Counted from the first letter of the whole stretch, positions 12,832 through 26,273 are shown. The stretch is DNA of 62,959 bases, filler included, from Intoshia linei (GCA_001642005.1; 11 parts of 11 records of this genome joined end to end with filler, not necessarily neighbours in it), one strand, 5' to 3'. Numbers and translations are program-made. Notes: generated from the sequence alone by a model not told the origin.

Positions 12832-13095
12832 TAATCAGACCTCTCAATAGTGCCATTATATTTCAATTTTATAAGAAAATGTATCATTACCGCCAAACTC
12901 TCAATACAACCACAATTTTTGAAATATTTTTGAAAAAAAATTAATTAAAATGAGTTAAATCCTTAATTCATAAACATTTTAATACAAACTGTTATAATAT
13001 AAATTATTAATCTAATTTTAATTATAACTTACAAAACCCTCAATATCGCCATAAATATCAAAAAACTAAAATGGCGGTATTGAGAGGTCTGACTG
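12832..13095. mobile_element. Tc1/mariner/pogo-type MITE
   Basis: TIR CAGTCAGACCTCTCAATACCGCCATT (right end intact, left end degenerate), TA flanks. Confidence 0.7.
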
Positions 13096-13749
13096 TATAT
13101 CATTGAAAGCAGCATTCAATTATCTACAAAATGATATTATTTTTGTGAAAATCTGTTTTTGAATGTTGAGTCAACAGTGTTGACTACATATATGGTAATG
13201 TTATATTTTTTGCATACCACCTAAAATATGTTTAATTAATTTAAAATTTTATAAATATCATCCATCGATTACTGTATTTAAGTATATACACACATGTATA
13301 ATAATCGAAAAATCCAATGAAACTTAATTAATAATTACTATCACCTGTAACAAATTATTTTACATTTTTTTAAAAAATAATTTTAATTAAATTAAATAAA
13401 ACTTTCAGAGGGTATACAAAATCAGACAGATATGAAATGTATTTGTAATAAATAATTCAATTACAGACGAAATACCTAATTACACGCAATAAACTTATAA
13501 ATATCATGTAGTTAAGAAAAATAGCGAGATATTACGAATAACATTCAGTCATTGCGTAATTACATAGTAGGGTGTCACATTGTTTTTAAATTTTAATATT
13601 TTTAAAGACGTACCATGTGGACTAGATGTATTTTTAAATGCAAACCAAGNNNNNNNNNNNNNNNNNNNNNNNNNNNNNNNNNNNNNNNNNNNNTTAATTA
13701 ATTAANNNNNNNNNNNNNNNNNNNNNNNNNNNNNNNNNNNNNNNNNNNN

Positions 13750-14116
13750 TTTACTTTATACAATTATATATATTATACATATTATAATTATATATATATT
13801 GTATAATATATAATATTATACATAAATTCTGTTTAATAAATTAAAAAAATGGGATAATAATTGTTTTTAAAATTCTTTAGACAAATGTTAACAAAAAAAA
13901 TTAAGATGAATAATTCACTTTAAAGTAAAAAGTAATGTAATATGACGGTTTTACCTAAAACAAATTTGGGAACCCCTCTTTTAAAGAATTGATAATATTT
14001 AATAGTAAGATTTTTAAGTTAGATTTTTAACGTGAATTTATTTTTTTCGTATAATAAAATATTTCTATCGGCAGAGCTAGGTGCTTTTTGTACGTAGTAC
14101 AAAACAGCCAAGCTAG
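13750..14116 (+). mobile_element. Helitron 3' portion
   Basis: Subterminal hairpin (TTTTGTACGTAGTACAAAA) followed by GCTAG|T. Confidence 0.75.
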
Positions 14117-14183
14117 TAATGATATATAATCGATACATTACTGTAATTATTTTAAACTAAAAATTACAATCAATGTGAAAAGA

Positions 14184-15072
14184 TTACATATTAAAATAAA
14201 TACCTCCTTGCATGTGTGTTTCGTTATTGTTACCGCCTTGGTTATGATTTGATCCATTGTTTCCTCCTTCTATGTGTGGTCCTTTATTATTACGTCTAAT
14301 TCTGTTAAATCGATTAATCCCACGTTGGATGTAATTTGGTATATTATTACTACCGAAATTTTGATTTAGTCTATTGTTATCTTTTTGCATATGTGGTCTT
14401 TTATTGTTACCGCTTTGATTAATATTTGATATATTGTTAACTCCCTGGCTGTGATTTGATCCATTATTTCCACCTTGATGATGTGGTCCTATATTGTTAC
14501 CACGTCTGATTATGTTCAATCGATTAATACCACGTTGCATGTGATTTGGTATATTATTACTACCGAGGTTTTGATTTGGTCCATTGTTACCTCTGTGCAT
14601 GTGTGGTCCTTTATTTTTACCGTTTTGATTATGATTTGATATATTGTTAACTCCCTGGCTGTGATTTGATCCATTAATTCCACCTTGATGATGTGGTCCT
14701 TTATTATTACCACGTCTAATTCTGTTGAATCGATTAATACCAAGTTGCATAATATTTGGTGTATTATTACCGACTTGATTATTATTTGGTCTATTGTTAC
14801 CTCCCTGTATGTTATTTGACTTATGATTTTCTTTTTGCATCTTATCTTCATAATTATCAAATGTATTATCGTGTTGTTGATCACCATTTTTTTGCATTTT
14901 GTGTGGTCCGTGGTTATCATGTATATTTCCGTTTCCTTGCATTGGATCTGGTCCATTACCACTTTCTGGTATAATATATTGTATATCATCATAATTTGAT
15001 ACGGTATATAATTCATCGGTTGCATCCGTGTTCCCATTTTGATTATTATTTCCTTGCATTGGATGTGCTCCG
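14184..15072 (-). CDS. Exon of an N/G/Q/H-rich low-complexity repeat protein; 5' end lost in gap
   Basis: Frame is open up to the gap (GAHP before the listed Met); 10-aa units in a 70-aa higher-order repeat; possible donor CAAGGAG|GTATTT near the 3' end. Confidence 0.65.
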
Positions 15073-15172
15073 NNNNNNNNNNNNNNNNNNNNNNNNNNNN
15101 NNNNNNNNNNNNNNNNTTAATTAATTAANNNNNNNNNNNNNNNNNNNNNNNNNNNNNNNNNNNNNNNNNNNN

Positions 15173-16100
15173 CAAATTCTCCTACAGTAAATCATGTTAT
15201 AAAACATTTGTTTCCTCATATATCCAATGCAAAAATATTAAATTGAATTTTTACCGGACCACAAATAAATAAAATTTTTAAATGTGAAGAATTTAATAGT
15301 TCTATGACAGAAATTCAATTACGTGCTTAGAAATCGTTCAAAAATGTTGTGAACAATTTTTTAGGTAATAAACGGGCTACTAAATACCGTTCCCTCGTTA
15401 CTGAATTAATGGATGCGTATTGTGCGATCGGATGTCTTCTAAGTCCAAAAATGCATTATTTACAATGTCATTTAAATATGTTTCCTGATAATTGCGAAGC
15501 ATGGTGAGAGGTTCCACCAGCAGCTCCTCATTTATGAAAAAAGATACAATCCCATTACATGAAAAATATGCTGGTGATTATTTATGGAATGCAAAAAATT
15601 TATAAAAAATTTTATTTTATTTGTTTATTGTTTAAATTTTTACTTTAATTAAATCTATCTTTCAAATTTCGATTTTATCTATTAAAAATGACGGTATTAT
15701 TAAAAACACAAAAAAAATCTCTATATGATCAATTTTAAAACTATCTGCTATAATTTTTATTAATTAATGTAACTTGTGTTTTATGAAAATGCAATTTCTT
15801 TTCATAAATTTTATTTTGATAATTTTTTAAAATGAAGACAATGTTAAATAACACAGAATTACGTAACAAAATTGTGTAATTATACTGTGAATTCATTCTT
15901 AATTACAATTATAAAAATTAGAAAATGTAAAATGTTTATAGTTATTTAGTTATTTATACATTTTAATTACTAATTTAACAACGATTTCGATTTGGAAACA
16001 TTCCAAAAATTATATCAATCTTATTTTCTCAGTTTATATTTCAATGGTACATAAAATTATCGATGCTATAATTAAAAAATTTTTATTTTGTGACACAGTG
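15173..16100 (+). mobile_element. Chapaev3-like DNA transposon, 3' part with decayed transposase
   Basis: IFTGPQI..FKNVVNNFLGNKR..GCLLSPKMHYL..FPDNC..GERFHQ with stops; terminus TGTGACACAGTG|TAA, inverse of the CACTGTGTGACA start at 62517. Confidence 0.7.
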
Positions 16101-16157
16101 TAATACATTATGCTCAAAGAGCATAGCGAGACTATCAAAAGTATTGAAAAACACTAA

Positions 16158-16610
16158 TCTTAACTTAATGTATATATAACTCTTTTGTGTGTGTCTCTCT
16201 GTCTTTTATCGTCTATCTCAATTACTAAGAGTCTCAGAATTGTAAAAAACACAAATTCAAATTCGGATTTTTTCAGGAAAAAAAGGATAAATTTCTATAT
16301 CAGAAATTTGCATTTTCCCAATCAAAAACTACAATTGTTTTTTTTTTTAAAAATCACACGGTCCTATAACTTTAAAAGATATACACTCTGATAAAGATTT
16401 TAAAATCATAAACATTATTATAAATTTAAATTTCATAAAAGTTATATCTTCATCCCCTTCATAAAACTCTACATTATCCTTTTTTTAAAAAATGAAAATA
16501 GTCCTAGAATTTAATAAAAATTACAGTTCATACAATTATCTTCAGTTACCACACAAAATTTTTTTTATGTCACAAAGTGACGCCTTCACAGTCAAAAAAG
16601 CACTTTTATA
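16158..16610 (+). mobile_element. Diverged Helitron 5' portion
   Basis: A|TCTTAACTTAAT start, (TG)n tract, body similar to the other copies. Confidence 0.55.
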
Positions 16611-16758
16611 ATCAAAATATGCTTTAGACATGAATATAATATTAGATACCATAATGATAGTTCAGATTATTAATACATGTATTTACAATTTTATTTTTTT
16701 ATGGAATTCATGTGGGTTATTTTTTACTTCATTTTTAACTAACTTGTATAAATTTTAG

Positions 16759-18085
16759 TTGCTTAAATTTGTAATGACGTATATAAAGCTTTCACAAAAA
16801 ATGTTAAACAGCGAATTATTTGGTTTAAACAAAATAATTTTGTTGCATGGTAAACTCGTTATTATTAATAAAATTACTATAAATTAGGGCCGGCTGGATC
16901 TGGAAAAACATCGCTATGTTGTGGTTTAGCACAAAAAGCAGCTGCAATGCTATACAATCAATATCAAGACATTTACCTAATAGAAATAAACAGTCAAAAT
17001 TTATTTTCTAAATGGTTTTCTGAGGTTTATAGAGTTTATATTTATAAAATTATGATAAAATTTAGAGCGGTAAATTGGTATCAAAATTATTCTCTGAAAT
17101 GAACGAAATGCTTCAAAATAAGGACAACATGATTTTTTTATTAATTGATGAGGTATATTGTTAGTTTATACATTTCAAAAATTATGTAATGTTTGAGATG
17201 TACGTAATAATAGTTTAGGTTGAAAGTTTAATTAGTTCAAGAATAATGTCTATGAATTCAAATGAACCAAGTGATTCTATTCGTGTTGTGAATGTAAGTT
17301 ATATTTAAAATTTATAGTGACGTGATTGCAATAATAAATTTAGTCCGTATTGATGCATATTGATCGTATTAAAAGGTAAAAATGAAAACATTTTAATTTT
17401 TTATTTATAAATTATACTAGACATAATAATATATTAATCTTGTCTACATCAAATATCTTGGAAGCCATCGACAATGCTTTTATAGATCGTGTAGATTTAA
17501 AATTATTTGTAGATCATCCGGCTGAACCGAGTATAAACAAAATATTAACCAATTCAATACAACAACTTGTCACTGTAACTAATTAATGATTTAATAATTT
17601 TATGTTAAAATTTAGAATGATATTTTATCATTAAATAATGAGATAGTGGATGATGAAATCAAACGATTATCCAAGTATACTATAGAAATTTGCTATTAAA
17701 TTAATGGATTATTAGTCATATTTTTATTTAAGTTTTAGAGGATTTTATTAGAATTTTTGTCGTTTTAAAAATTACATTTACATTTTGGTTAGAATTGAAA
17801 AATTACCCTTCAAATGAAAATTTCTATAAAAAATTGCATTTATACAATTTAGAATGTGTGTTGGAATCAGTGGTCGTAAAATTAAAAAATTGCCATTTTT
17901 ATCCTTATCAAAATGCTATACGGTAAATTTTTTTTTTATTAAACTAATTTGTTTAGAATAATAATTCCATTCAATTTTCCAAATTTATGGAAAAATCCAT
18001 TGAAGAAGCTATTAAAGCGAAATCTATCAATAAAAATTTAAACCAAAAAACCACATTTAATGGACTGAGCCCATTTTCGACTTAA
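16759..18085 (+). CDS. TRIP13: Pachytene checkpoint 2 / TRIP13 AAA+ ATPase (multi-exon; 5' exons not located)
   Basis: NKIILLHGPAGSGKTSLC, IEINSQNLFSKWFSESGKLV, FLLIDEVESL, EPSDSIRVVN, AIDNAFIDRVD, GISGRKIKKLPFL across short GT-AG introns. Confidence 0.93.
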
Positions 18086-18436
18086 CATGTAAGTCATGTT
18101 ATCAAAATTAAAATTTCAAATGATGTCATTTCAGTTTATAATTAAACGTTTTAAATTATATAAAAACTGAATAAATCAATTTATGAGGCTGAAATCAAGA
18201 TTTCTGTATACAAATCTGTTTAATAAATAATGGTGAATAATTTCTGATTGACAAAATTTAACCTTTTAAGAAAAAAGTTAAAAACTCCTGCCATAATATA
18301 TTAAAACGTACATTTATTATATAACAATAATTATAGATTATATGGAGATGTTTGGTATTAAAAAACTAACTAAGAGGACTTCTTATGGATGTATTGTTGG
18401 TTTGATTTAAAAGGTATTTTTGAAAGTTTTATGAAA

Positions 18437-19573
18437 TCATTCAAATTGCGAATTCTTGCATCTATTGTATCCTATTCGAATGTAATCATATTCATTCAAA
18501 ATTTTTGGAATTTCGAAATATTTTTGAAACGTTATTTTCAACTCAATAAACTTTGATGGCAAAATAAACGTTAATTTTGGAACAAAATATTTTAGATCTT
18601 CAATTTTAAAGGAATTAGATTGTAGTGATATTAGTTCTTCAATCTTGTCAGTAGAGTTTGTCTTTTTATTATATACTTGAATTGATTTATTTGCACATTT
18701 TTTAGGGTAACGTTTACTTAAATCTTTGACATTTAGATTACGATTATTATTTATCTGTCGATTGTAATTATATCCTTTTCGAATGTAATCATATTCATAT
18801 AAAACTTTTGGAATTTTGAAATATTTTTTAAACATTATTTTCAACTGTATAAATCTTGAGGGTAGAATACAAGTTAATTTTGGAATGGTATATTTTAGAT
18901 CATCTTCAATTTTCAAAGTGTTAAATTGTAATATTATTAACTGTTCAGTCACATCAGTGAGATTTTTTCTTTTATTGTTACATTTCGCTGGGTAACTTTT
19001 CTTCGAATCTTTTATATTTAAATTAAATTTCTGTTGATTGTAATTGTGTCCTTTTCGAATGTAATCATATTTGTATAAAATTTCTGGAATCTCGAAATAA
19101 TTTTTGAACCTTATTTTCAAGTCTTCAAAAATTGAAGATGAAATACATGTTAATTTTGGAACAAAATATTTTAGATCATCTTCAATTTTCAGGGAATTAG
19201 ATTTTAGTGATATTAGTTCTTCGATCTTGTCAGTAGACTTTTTATTACATACTTCAATTGATTTATTTGCACATTTTTTAGGGTAACGTTTACTTAAATC
19301 TTTTCTATTTAGATTAAATTTCTGTTGATTGTAATTATGTCCTTTTCGAATGTAATCATATTTGTATAAAATTTTAGGAATCTCAAAATAATTATTGAAC
19401 CTTATTTTCAAGTCTTCAAAAATTGAAGATGAAATACATGCTAATTTTGGAACAAAATATTTTAGATCATCTTCAATTTTCAGGGAATTAGATTGTAGTA
19501 TTATCAGCTCTTTAGTTACGTCAGTAGAGTTTTCATTTTTACGACATAAATTATCGCTATAAAATTTATACAT
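18437..19573 (-). CDS. Intronless orphan ORF (378 aa) of four ~95-100 aa tandem repeats
   Basis: Uninterrupted 1.1-kb ORF in very AT-rich DNA; unit LKIEDDLKYFVPKL.C..S.F..LKI.F..YFEIP.ILY.YDYIRKG. Confidence 0.6.
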   Translation of the reverse strand: MYKFYSDNLCRKNENSTDVTKELIILQSNSLKIEDDLKYFVPKLACISSSIFEDLKIRFNNYFEIPKILYKYDYIRKGHNYNQQKFNLNRKDLSKRYPKKCANKSIEVCNKKSTDKIEELISLKSNSLKIEDDLKYFVPKLTCISSSIFEDLKIRFKNYFEIPEILYKYDYIRKGHNYNQQKFNLNIKDSKKSYPAKCNNKRKNLTDVTEQLIILQFNTLKIEDDLKYTIPKLTCILPSRFIQLKIMFKKYFKIPKVLYEYDYIRKGYNYNRQINNNRNLNVKDLSKRYPKKCANKSIQVYNKKTNSTDKIEELISLQSNSFKIEDLKYFVPKLTFILPSKFIELKITFQKYFEIPKILNEYDYIRIGYNRCKNSQFE

Positions 19574-20613
19574 AGCAAATAAAGTATAAGTGATTTCCTA
19601 GCAACCAAGTTTAGTTTCTATAATGCGAATTGTGGTTTTATAATAGTAACCATAGTTGTCAGATTATGTGGATTAAAACTTTTGATTCAAAAGTGTATAT
19701 TCAAGCATTTCTAATACTGTAGTTTCGAAATTCGAAAGCTCTATGTACAAAACATCGCTGCATTATTTTTCATTCTAAAATATTCATTAGCCTTGTAAAT
19801 GACGCTTATTTAGTGTGATAACTTTCAAGTTTTTATGAAGTGGACATTGATTTTGACGAATATTCTCGCTCTGATGAAAATTTAACCACAAGAAACAATC
19901 AATTAAGTGAAGAATATCATTAATGAAACTATTGAATCCCATCAGTCAAATAGTGATTTTACTAATACCTTTGACATAAAAGATTGTTTAAATCGATTAG
20001 CTTTCTTAAACAATCTTTACTAAATAACCACTTATTTTAAAAAATAAAAGAATGCTTAAATATTATAGAAAAAGATTTCATTAATAATACCTAATTTTAT
20101 AATAAAAGATACATTTTAATTAACTTGATTGTAAAATTAAAAATGTATTATATGTTAAACTTGCATCTCGCGAAGTTAAATTTTCAACTTCCTTAAATAT
20201 CATCTATTTTTATGATTGTAACTATGCATTTCTGACATTTTACATCATTTTGAAACAAGTTAAATCGATTTATTTATTCCCAAAGTGCAATTCTTTTATT
20301 AAAATTTTCAATTTGACTTAGCGCTATTGCACTGTATTATGAACGGTTTTCAAAACAGGTGGCTAAATTTTCATAAATATTTTTACCTCCAAAAAATGAC
20401 TCCTTTTTGAGAAAATATTATGTTACATGCTGTTATACATTTTGTATTGTTATTTTTGTATTACACAAGTTTATCGATATTAAAGTTCAATAACTCTTGT
20501 GATAATCAGATTCTGATTACGAAAAAAATAGTTTAAATTGAAAGTTTATTATCTTTTGTAACCTTGTATCCGATACATATTTTACATTCACCTTATAAAA
20601 ATAATGTAGTTTA

Positions 20614-21259
20614 ATGAGTGACAGCGAAGAAGATATAGATTACGTTCCACCTGATAATTTAATAATTGAAAAAGCAATCGATGACGGTAACTTTTTATTT
20701 ATCATACATTATTTTCAGATATTGTAAATGAGTGTCTAAAAGTTGACACAGATAAAATGGAAAGGTTGTACAAACAGTTCAAATCAGATTCAAAAGTTGA
20801 ACTAGAAAAGTTTGATACTGATAAAAAAAAATCAAGCACTACAAATGATAATCCCGCAACGGAAAGATACAAAGATGAAGAAATATTAAATAAAAAATTG
20901 ACCATTAATAATACGAAAGCCAGTAATACCCCAAAAAGACGAATTGGAGGTATGGGTGATTTTATGGCCCAAACTAAAAAAAAGAAAATTTCTACTCTAG
21001 TATGAATTTTTGATTATTGTGTATTATATCACCGTTCTTGTAGGATAAATCACGAAATAATTGGAGTACATTTAAAACCAAAGAATCAATATCAGACATG
21101 TGTGTAAATTATGGAAAAAGCAAAGATAGGTAAATTAATCAACAAATAAAGAATGTACTAAACGTATTTAGTTATGTTGACCGCGTAAGTTTTCTGAAAC
21201 GCACAGAAATGCGAGAATATCATCGAGATTTGAATGAAAAATCAAAGAGAAGACGATAA
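20614..21259 (+). CDS. CFDP1: Craniofacial development protein 1 / BCNT / Swc5 homologue
   Basis: Acidic N-terminus SDSEEDIDYVP; BCNT-C domain KKKKISTLDKSRNNWSTFK..KSKDSYVDRVSFLKRTEMREY; 3 short introns. Confidence 0.88.
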
Positions 21260-21352
21260 AGTTATCGCTTTGTGATCTATTACGTGTATTCTGTTTATAT
21301 GACTATTTTAAATAAATATATTATTCATTATTTTTTTCGATATTTATTATAA

Positions 21353-24300
21353 ATGGTAATTTCATTTATTATTATACTAAATTTTTCAGATCATTTCAGC
21401 TTCAATTATAAATCGACATGGAAAGGGTATCTGAAATTTAACTTTTTAGTATTATTGAAATGTAGTCATTCTTTCTCGTCAATTTGTTGAAATTGGACGG
21501 CTTAGAATGGAGGCTCTACTGTCTGCTCTACCTCAACTTATACCGAAAGGTCAGAATCAAATGTATATCGAAACTGATTCAATTCGTTACATTTATCAAC
21601 ACCTTGACCGCCTATTTTTAGTCTTGATTACTACCAAAAATAGTAATTTAGTTAAAGACATTGAAACATTATCCCTCTATTCTACATTAGTATGTTTTTG
21701 TTAATTTTTTTAATGTTTTATTAGGTTTCTAAAAATACTGAAAATCTCACGGAAGATTCCATCTCCAATAACGTATTTGAAATTTTATTTGCTTTTGACG
21801 AATGCATATCGCTGGGCTATAGAAATAGTGTCACGGTGGCTAAACTGCATGATATTACTTCCATGTTTTCTTTAGAAGAAATTAGTCATAATGATATGAT
21901 GAAAGTATTTATATTATTTCATTTTTATATGTTTTAAATAGAGAAAAGAAAACGAAGCTAAACAAGCCATGCGTGATAAAGTTAAACAGTTTGCACTGGA
22001 GAAACATGAATCCAGTATTAACTCTAAAATGGGGAAATCTTCTATGTATGATTACCATTCTGAGGGCATTGGAGGAAAAGGCACTAATGTTTCATCTAAT
22101 GTGTATTCTTCTGAATACGATAGCTTCGTTCAAACCACTGTTAAACCTACATATATTTCAAAAAATAAAAAAATTAAAGGAATGAAATTATCTAAAAAAT
22201 CTCGGGATATTGAAACAGAATTTGATGATCAGGGTATTTCATTTAATAATAGATATAATCTATATCGAATTGATAATTTTTTAAGAAATGTACATTCCTC
22301 CTGCTGCACTATGCGCATTAGGGCTGTTCGTTTTTAACAAAAATTGATTTTTGTTGAAAATACCCTATACCACGCTGAAGAGGGTACTTAAAAATCTTTA
22401 AAAAATATATTTTTAGAAAAATTTATTGTAAAAATATTAAGCGGTTTTCTTTTTTAAGGTTTTCGCGCGCTTTTACCCCGTTTTCTTAATTGGCGCCAAT
22501 AATTTTATTTTAAACATGGATACCATTAATGTATGACCCACTAAGACATATACCAAATTTGGAGAGAAAACATGAAATATTTAACCTCACAGGGCGTTTT
22601 TTTTATAAAAAGGGGTTTTTGTAATATTAGTCAAATATAAAAATTTATTTTAACTGTGAAAATTTGAGTGTGTCATAATGAAATTTATTTATTTTCGTTT
22701 TAAACACATTTTAATGAAAAAAGTAATATGAACTCTCTAGAAGCCGAGCTAAAAATTGAACTGTGTTTATTCTAATCGATTAATTTTTATAAAAATTGTA
22801 TGACCAATGGTCATTGCACATGCAGTATATAACATGCATAGTTTTAAAAATACTTTTTTTATTACAGGCTAATTCCTATTTAACGAAATTTCTGATTAAC
22901 GGAATGTCAATTTTTCTGAAGTACAAAAATTACCTTAAATTTTAACTTAAAATGACTACCATCATAATTATGTTAAAGCTTTTTCGGTTCAAATTGTTAT
23001 CTTTAGATACATAAAACATTTTATTTTCTTCCTGATTAATGATCATAATTAGGTCAATTTTTTATTAACCTATAGAATAACAAAAAAACTGACCTAAAAA
23101 TGAAATTTACTGACTTGATTCGACCTTAAAATTTTTGTGTGTTTCTATGGTTTATACCAACTGAATCTACCGTACCCCAAACCTCCCTTTCGTAGGCCTT
23201 AAATTAAATGAATACAATATTTAATACAACTTAATTTTAATATTCGCATAGGCCCCGATCATGATGGTGTCGATCACTTTACATAATAAATTAATATGAA
23301 TAAAACTTAAAATAAGGAATATTTATGCGTGTAATAATAAATATGAATAACAAGGAACTGCAAATGAAACAAACGATGTAAATCTCATTGTGTAATGTTA
23401 CAGATGTTGAAAATTATTAATGTTTATTGTAGTATAACAGTGATGGCAGCCAACTAAAACTAGGTGTGTTAAATATAATACTATTTTCAGATATTTTTTT
23501 CTAGTGTTTATATTAAAAAAATATTAGGTCAATTAAGTCGAACAACTTGATGATGGAAAATGAGTAAAAAAATAATTTTTACATTTATTCAGATTTAAAA
23601 AATTGAGCTGCAAGTTTTCAATAGGAGGTTCATAACTTGTTGATTAACGCTACACAAGCCAAACTAGTTTCATCGTGAAGTTTATTTCTTTTATGATTTT
23701 TGACATTATTTAACGTGGAAAATAACGATTCACAATATGTAGATGAAAATATAATTAATATAAATTTAGCTAGACCTTTCAGACATTTTAAGTGGAATGA
23801 AAATCAAAATATTTTCAATGTTTTAATGCAGTTGCTCCCGGTTCAATTAGTGTACGGACCTCCATTTCAAAATATTTATTTTTTTGGACCCCAATGGAAG
23901 CATGAAATATAAAACATTTATGAAAAAATTAAAGGTTTTCATCATATGATTTATCAAAATTGTGTTTTTCAAAAATATATTGGAAAAAAAGGATTTTTTA
24001 TTGAGGGTTGGTAAAATGTCATTTTTTACTTTGGGTTTTTAATTAGGAAGTTGTTGGTCATAAGATTTAATAAAATCGGATTTTTCAAAATAATATTGGA
24101 AAAAGAGGATATTTTCCTTAAGCGTTGGTAATATTGGAGTTTTATTTTGGGGCTGGAATAAGAGTTTTCTTATAAAATTTAGTAAAATTGTGTTTTTCAA
24201 AAAAATATTGGAAAAAGGGTATTTTTCTCTTAAGAGTTGGTAAAATTGTATTTTTTATTTTGTGGATTGATTAAGTGGATTCTTGTCATAAGGTTTCGTA

Positions 24301-26026
24301 AAATGTTATTTTTCAAAAAAATATCGGTAAAAGTCAATTTTTCCCTGAGGGCTTGAAATAGTATTTTTTAATAAATTTTATTAATGGTGGGATTTCGTAA
24401 ATAATAATGCAGCAGTCGTCAAGGTTTTGGGATAATCAACATCTAGATTCTAGAAACGCTGTAATAAATATTAAAAATAAGCAAAAGTTGATCAAAATTT
24501 TTTTATATTTTATTTGAATCTCACGGATGCCAGCATATAATTTTAAACCCAATCGTATAAATTATTTATTAGATGTTTTTAAAAAATTCCTTTAACGAGG
24601 GAATTTGAAATGAATATGTGCTTTATTTTTAACCCTTCAAAATTATTAAAATTTGAGAATTCACTTTTAAATAGGAAATAGAGTACCCACAATATAAGAA
24701 ATGTATCCATTTAGTATTTAATGTTGAAATTAATATTTTTTTCTTTTTAAATCTACCAAAAACAAAAAAGTGTGCTTTACATTTTTCAGGAATGTGTGCT
24801 TTAAATCGACAACCACTGTATATCATTCACACAAATTATTCATTATAGGAAAATTATAGTCAGTACCATTATTTTATTTTCAAGAACTTCGTACAATACA
24901 TAAGTACGTAATTATAATTATTTAATGTGTGCCGTTTTTGTAGATTACTTTGTAAGCGTGACTGGTTTACACAGCAGACTCTATTTAGATTTCTTTGCAT
25001 ATCTGATATACTCATGCTAAATATAATTTTTTTAGATATAGGTGTAATCGAAAATGAAGATGAAAAATTGGTTACGATTGTTAAAGAGTATCTAAGTTAT
25101 TTATAACCAATTTATATTAATTAGGGTAAAAGCATCTACAGAGGAAAAAATATCAATTGTAATAAACAGAGACGGTGGTGTAAAAAGTTTCAACTTACAA
25201 GGTCGCCTTATACTTAATTTCAATGACATGGAACACTGCCATTGTAAAATTGCTGTTGAATCGGATAGTAATCGATATTCCCAAATACAAGTAATTAATT
25301 ATAATTTTAAAGGTGAAAGTACTATATATTATTTAGTTAATCAAATACATTGACATTTTTAGACTCATCCCAATATTGATAAAAATATTTTCAAAAATGA
25401 AGCTATAGTTGGTTTGAAACAGACAGATAAAGGGTTTCCTGTTAATCAAGACATCCCAGTCTTAAGGTGGACGTTCGAAACAACCTCTGAAACCTTAATC
25501 CCTCTATTTGGTAACAATATATAATAAAAATATTCAAATATTAAGTAAACTGTTGGCCAACTGAAAATAGCAATGGATGTGAAGTGGACATTGAATATGA
25601 ATTAAACATGAAAGACATTTCGTTATTAGATGTGATATTGACTATACCATTACCGTAAATATTATAAAGTATAATTTATAATAGTAGTGCGAAATCCAAT
25701 AATATTGAAATTTGTAACTTTGATGGAGAAGATTGTTCAGCAAATAAACGAAACAACACTATTACATGGAAAATAGGTACAGTAGATGAATCCAATTTAC
25801 GAGGAAATTTGATATTTAAAACTGACCGTGGTGCATCTGACGATTTTTTTCCTTTAAATATTGATTTTACCTCAAACAACTCATTCTCTAACATTAAAGT
25901 AAGCTTGTACATCGTATACTGATAAAACGCATTTAGGTTAAAAGTATTTACACATCTGATGGCGAAAAATCGATTCCATTCAATGCGTTTCACAATTTTT
26001 ACACTCAAAAATTTGAAATATTTTGA
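21353..26026 (+). CDS. ARCN1: Coatomer subunit delta
   Basis: MIISASIINRHGKVILSRQFVE..IETDSIRYIYQ..TTKNSN..FAFDECISLGYR; mu-homology part (NRDGG, THPNIDK, VLRW, VNCWP); ~2.8-kb intron at ~22234-25035. Confidence 0.93.
23840..24460 (+). repeat. Interspersed element with an internal ~115-bp tandem array (about 3.7 units at 23955-24380); inverted relatives at ~32090-32450 and ~36640-37085
   Basis: Unit AAAATTGTGTTTTTCAAAAA..ATTGGAAAA..GTTGGTAAAAT repeats; the flank GGACCTCCATTTCAAA..GGACCCCAATGGAAGCATG recurs inverted at ~37010-37060. Confidence 0.7.
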
Positions 26027-26273
26027 TTGTATATTTAATAAATAATTATTAAGATTTCCCATGGACTTTAATTTCGTAGTTACAAACTACATTGTATTTG
26101 TATAAAATATGCGACCTTAAAAATAGTAAAAAGTAACTTATTTCATTTTATATAGTAACACACAACGTCTAGACAGGTACTATGGTGAAATACAACACCT
26201 AAAAACGCAAAAATTAGGTTAAACGATTTAGTGTGAATTTAAATTGTACATATAACATTGATAAGTTTAACAA

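Noticed and set aside
14516-15037. Alternative-frame ORFs 14516-15037 and 14756-14974
   Set aside because: Shadows of the repetitive N/G/Q exon.
23955-24380. Regularly spaced repeats resembling a CRISPR array
   Set aside because: Whole units are degenerate tandem copies with no unique spacers, in a eukaryotic intron with no cas genes.
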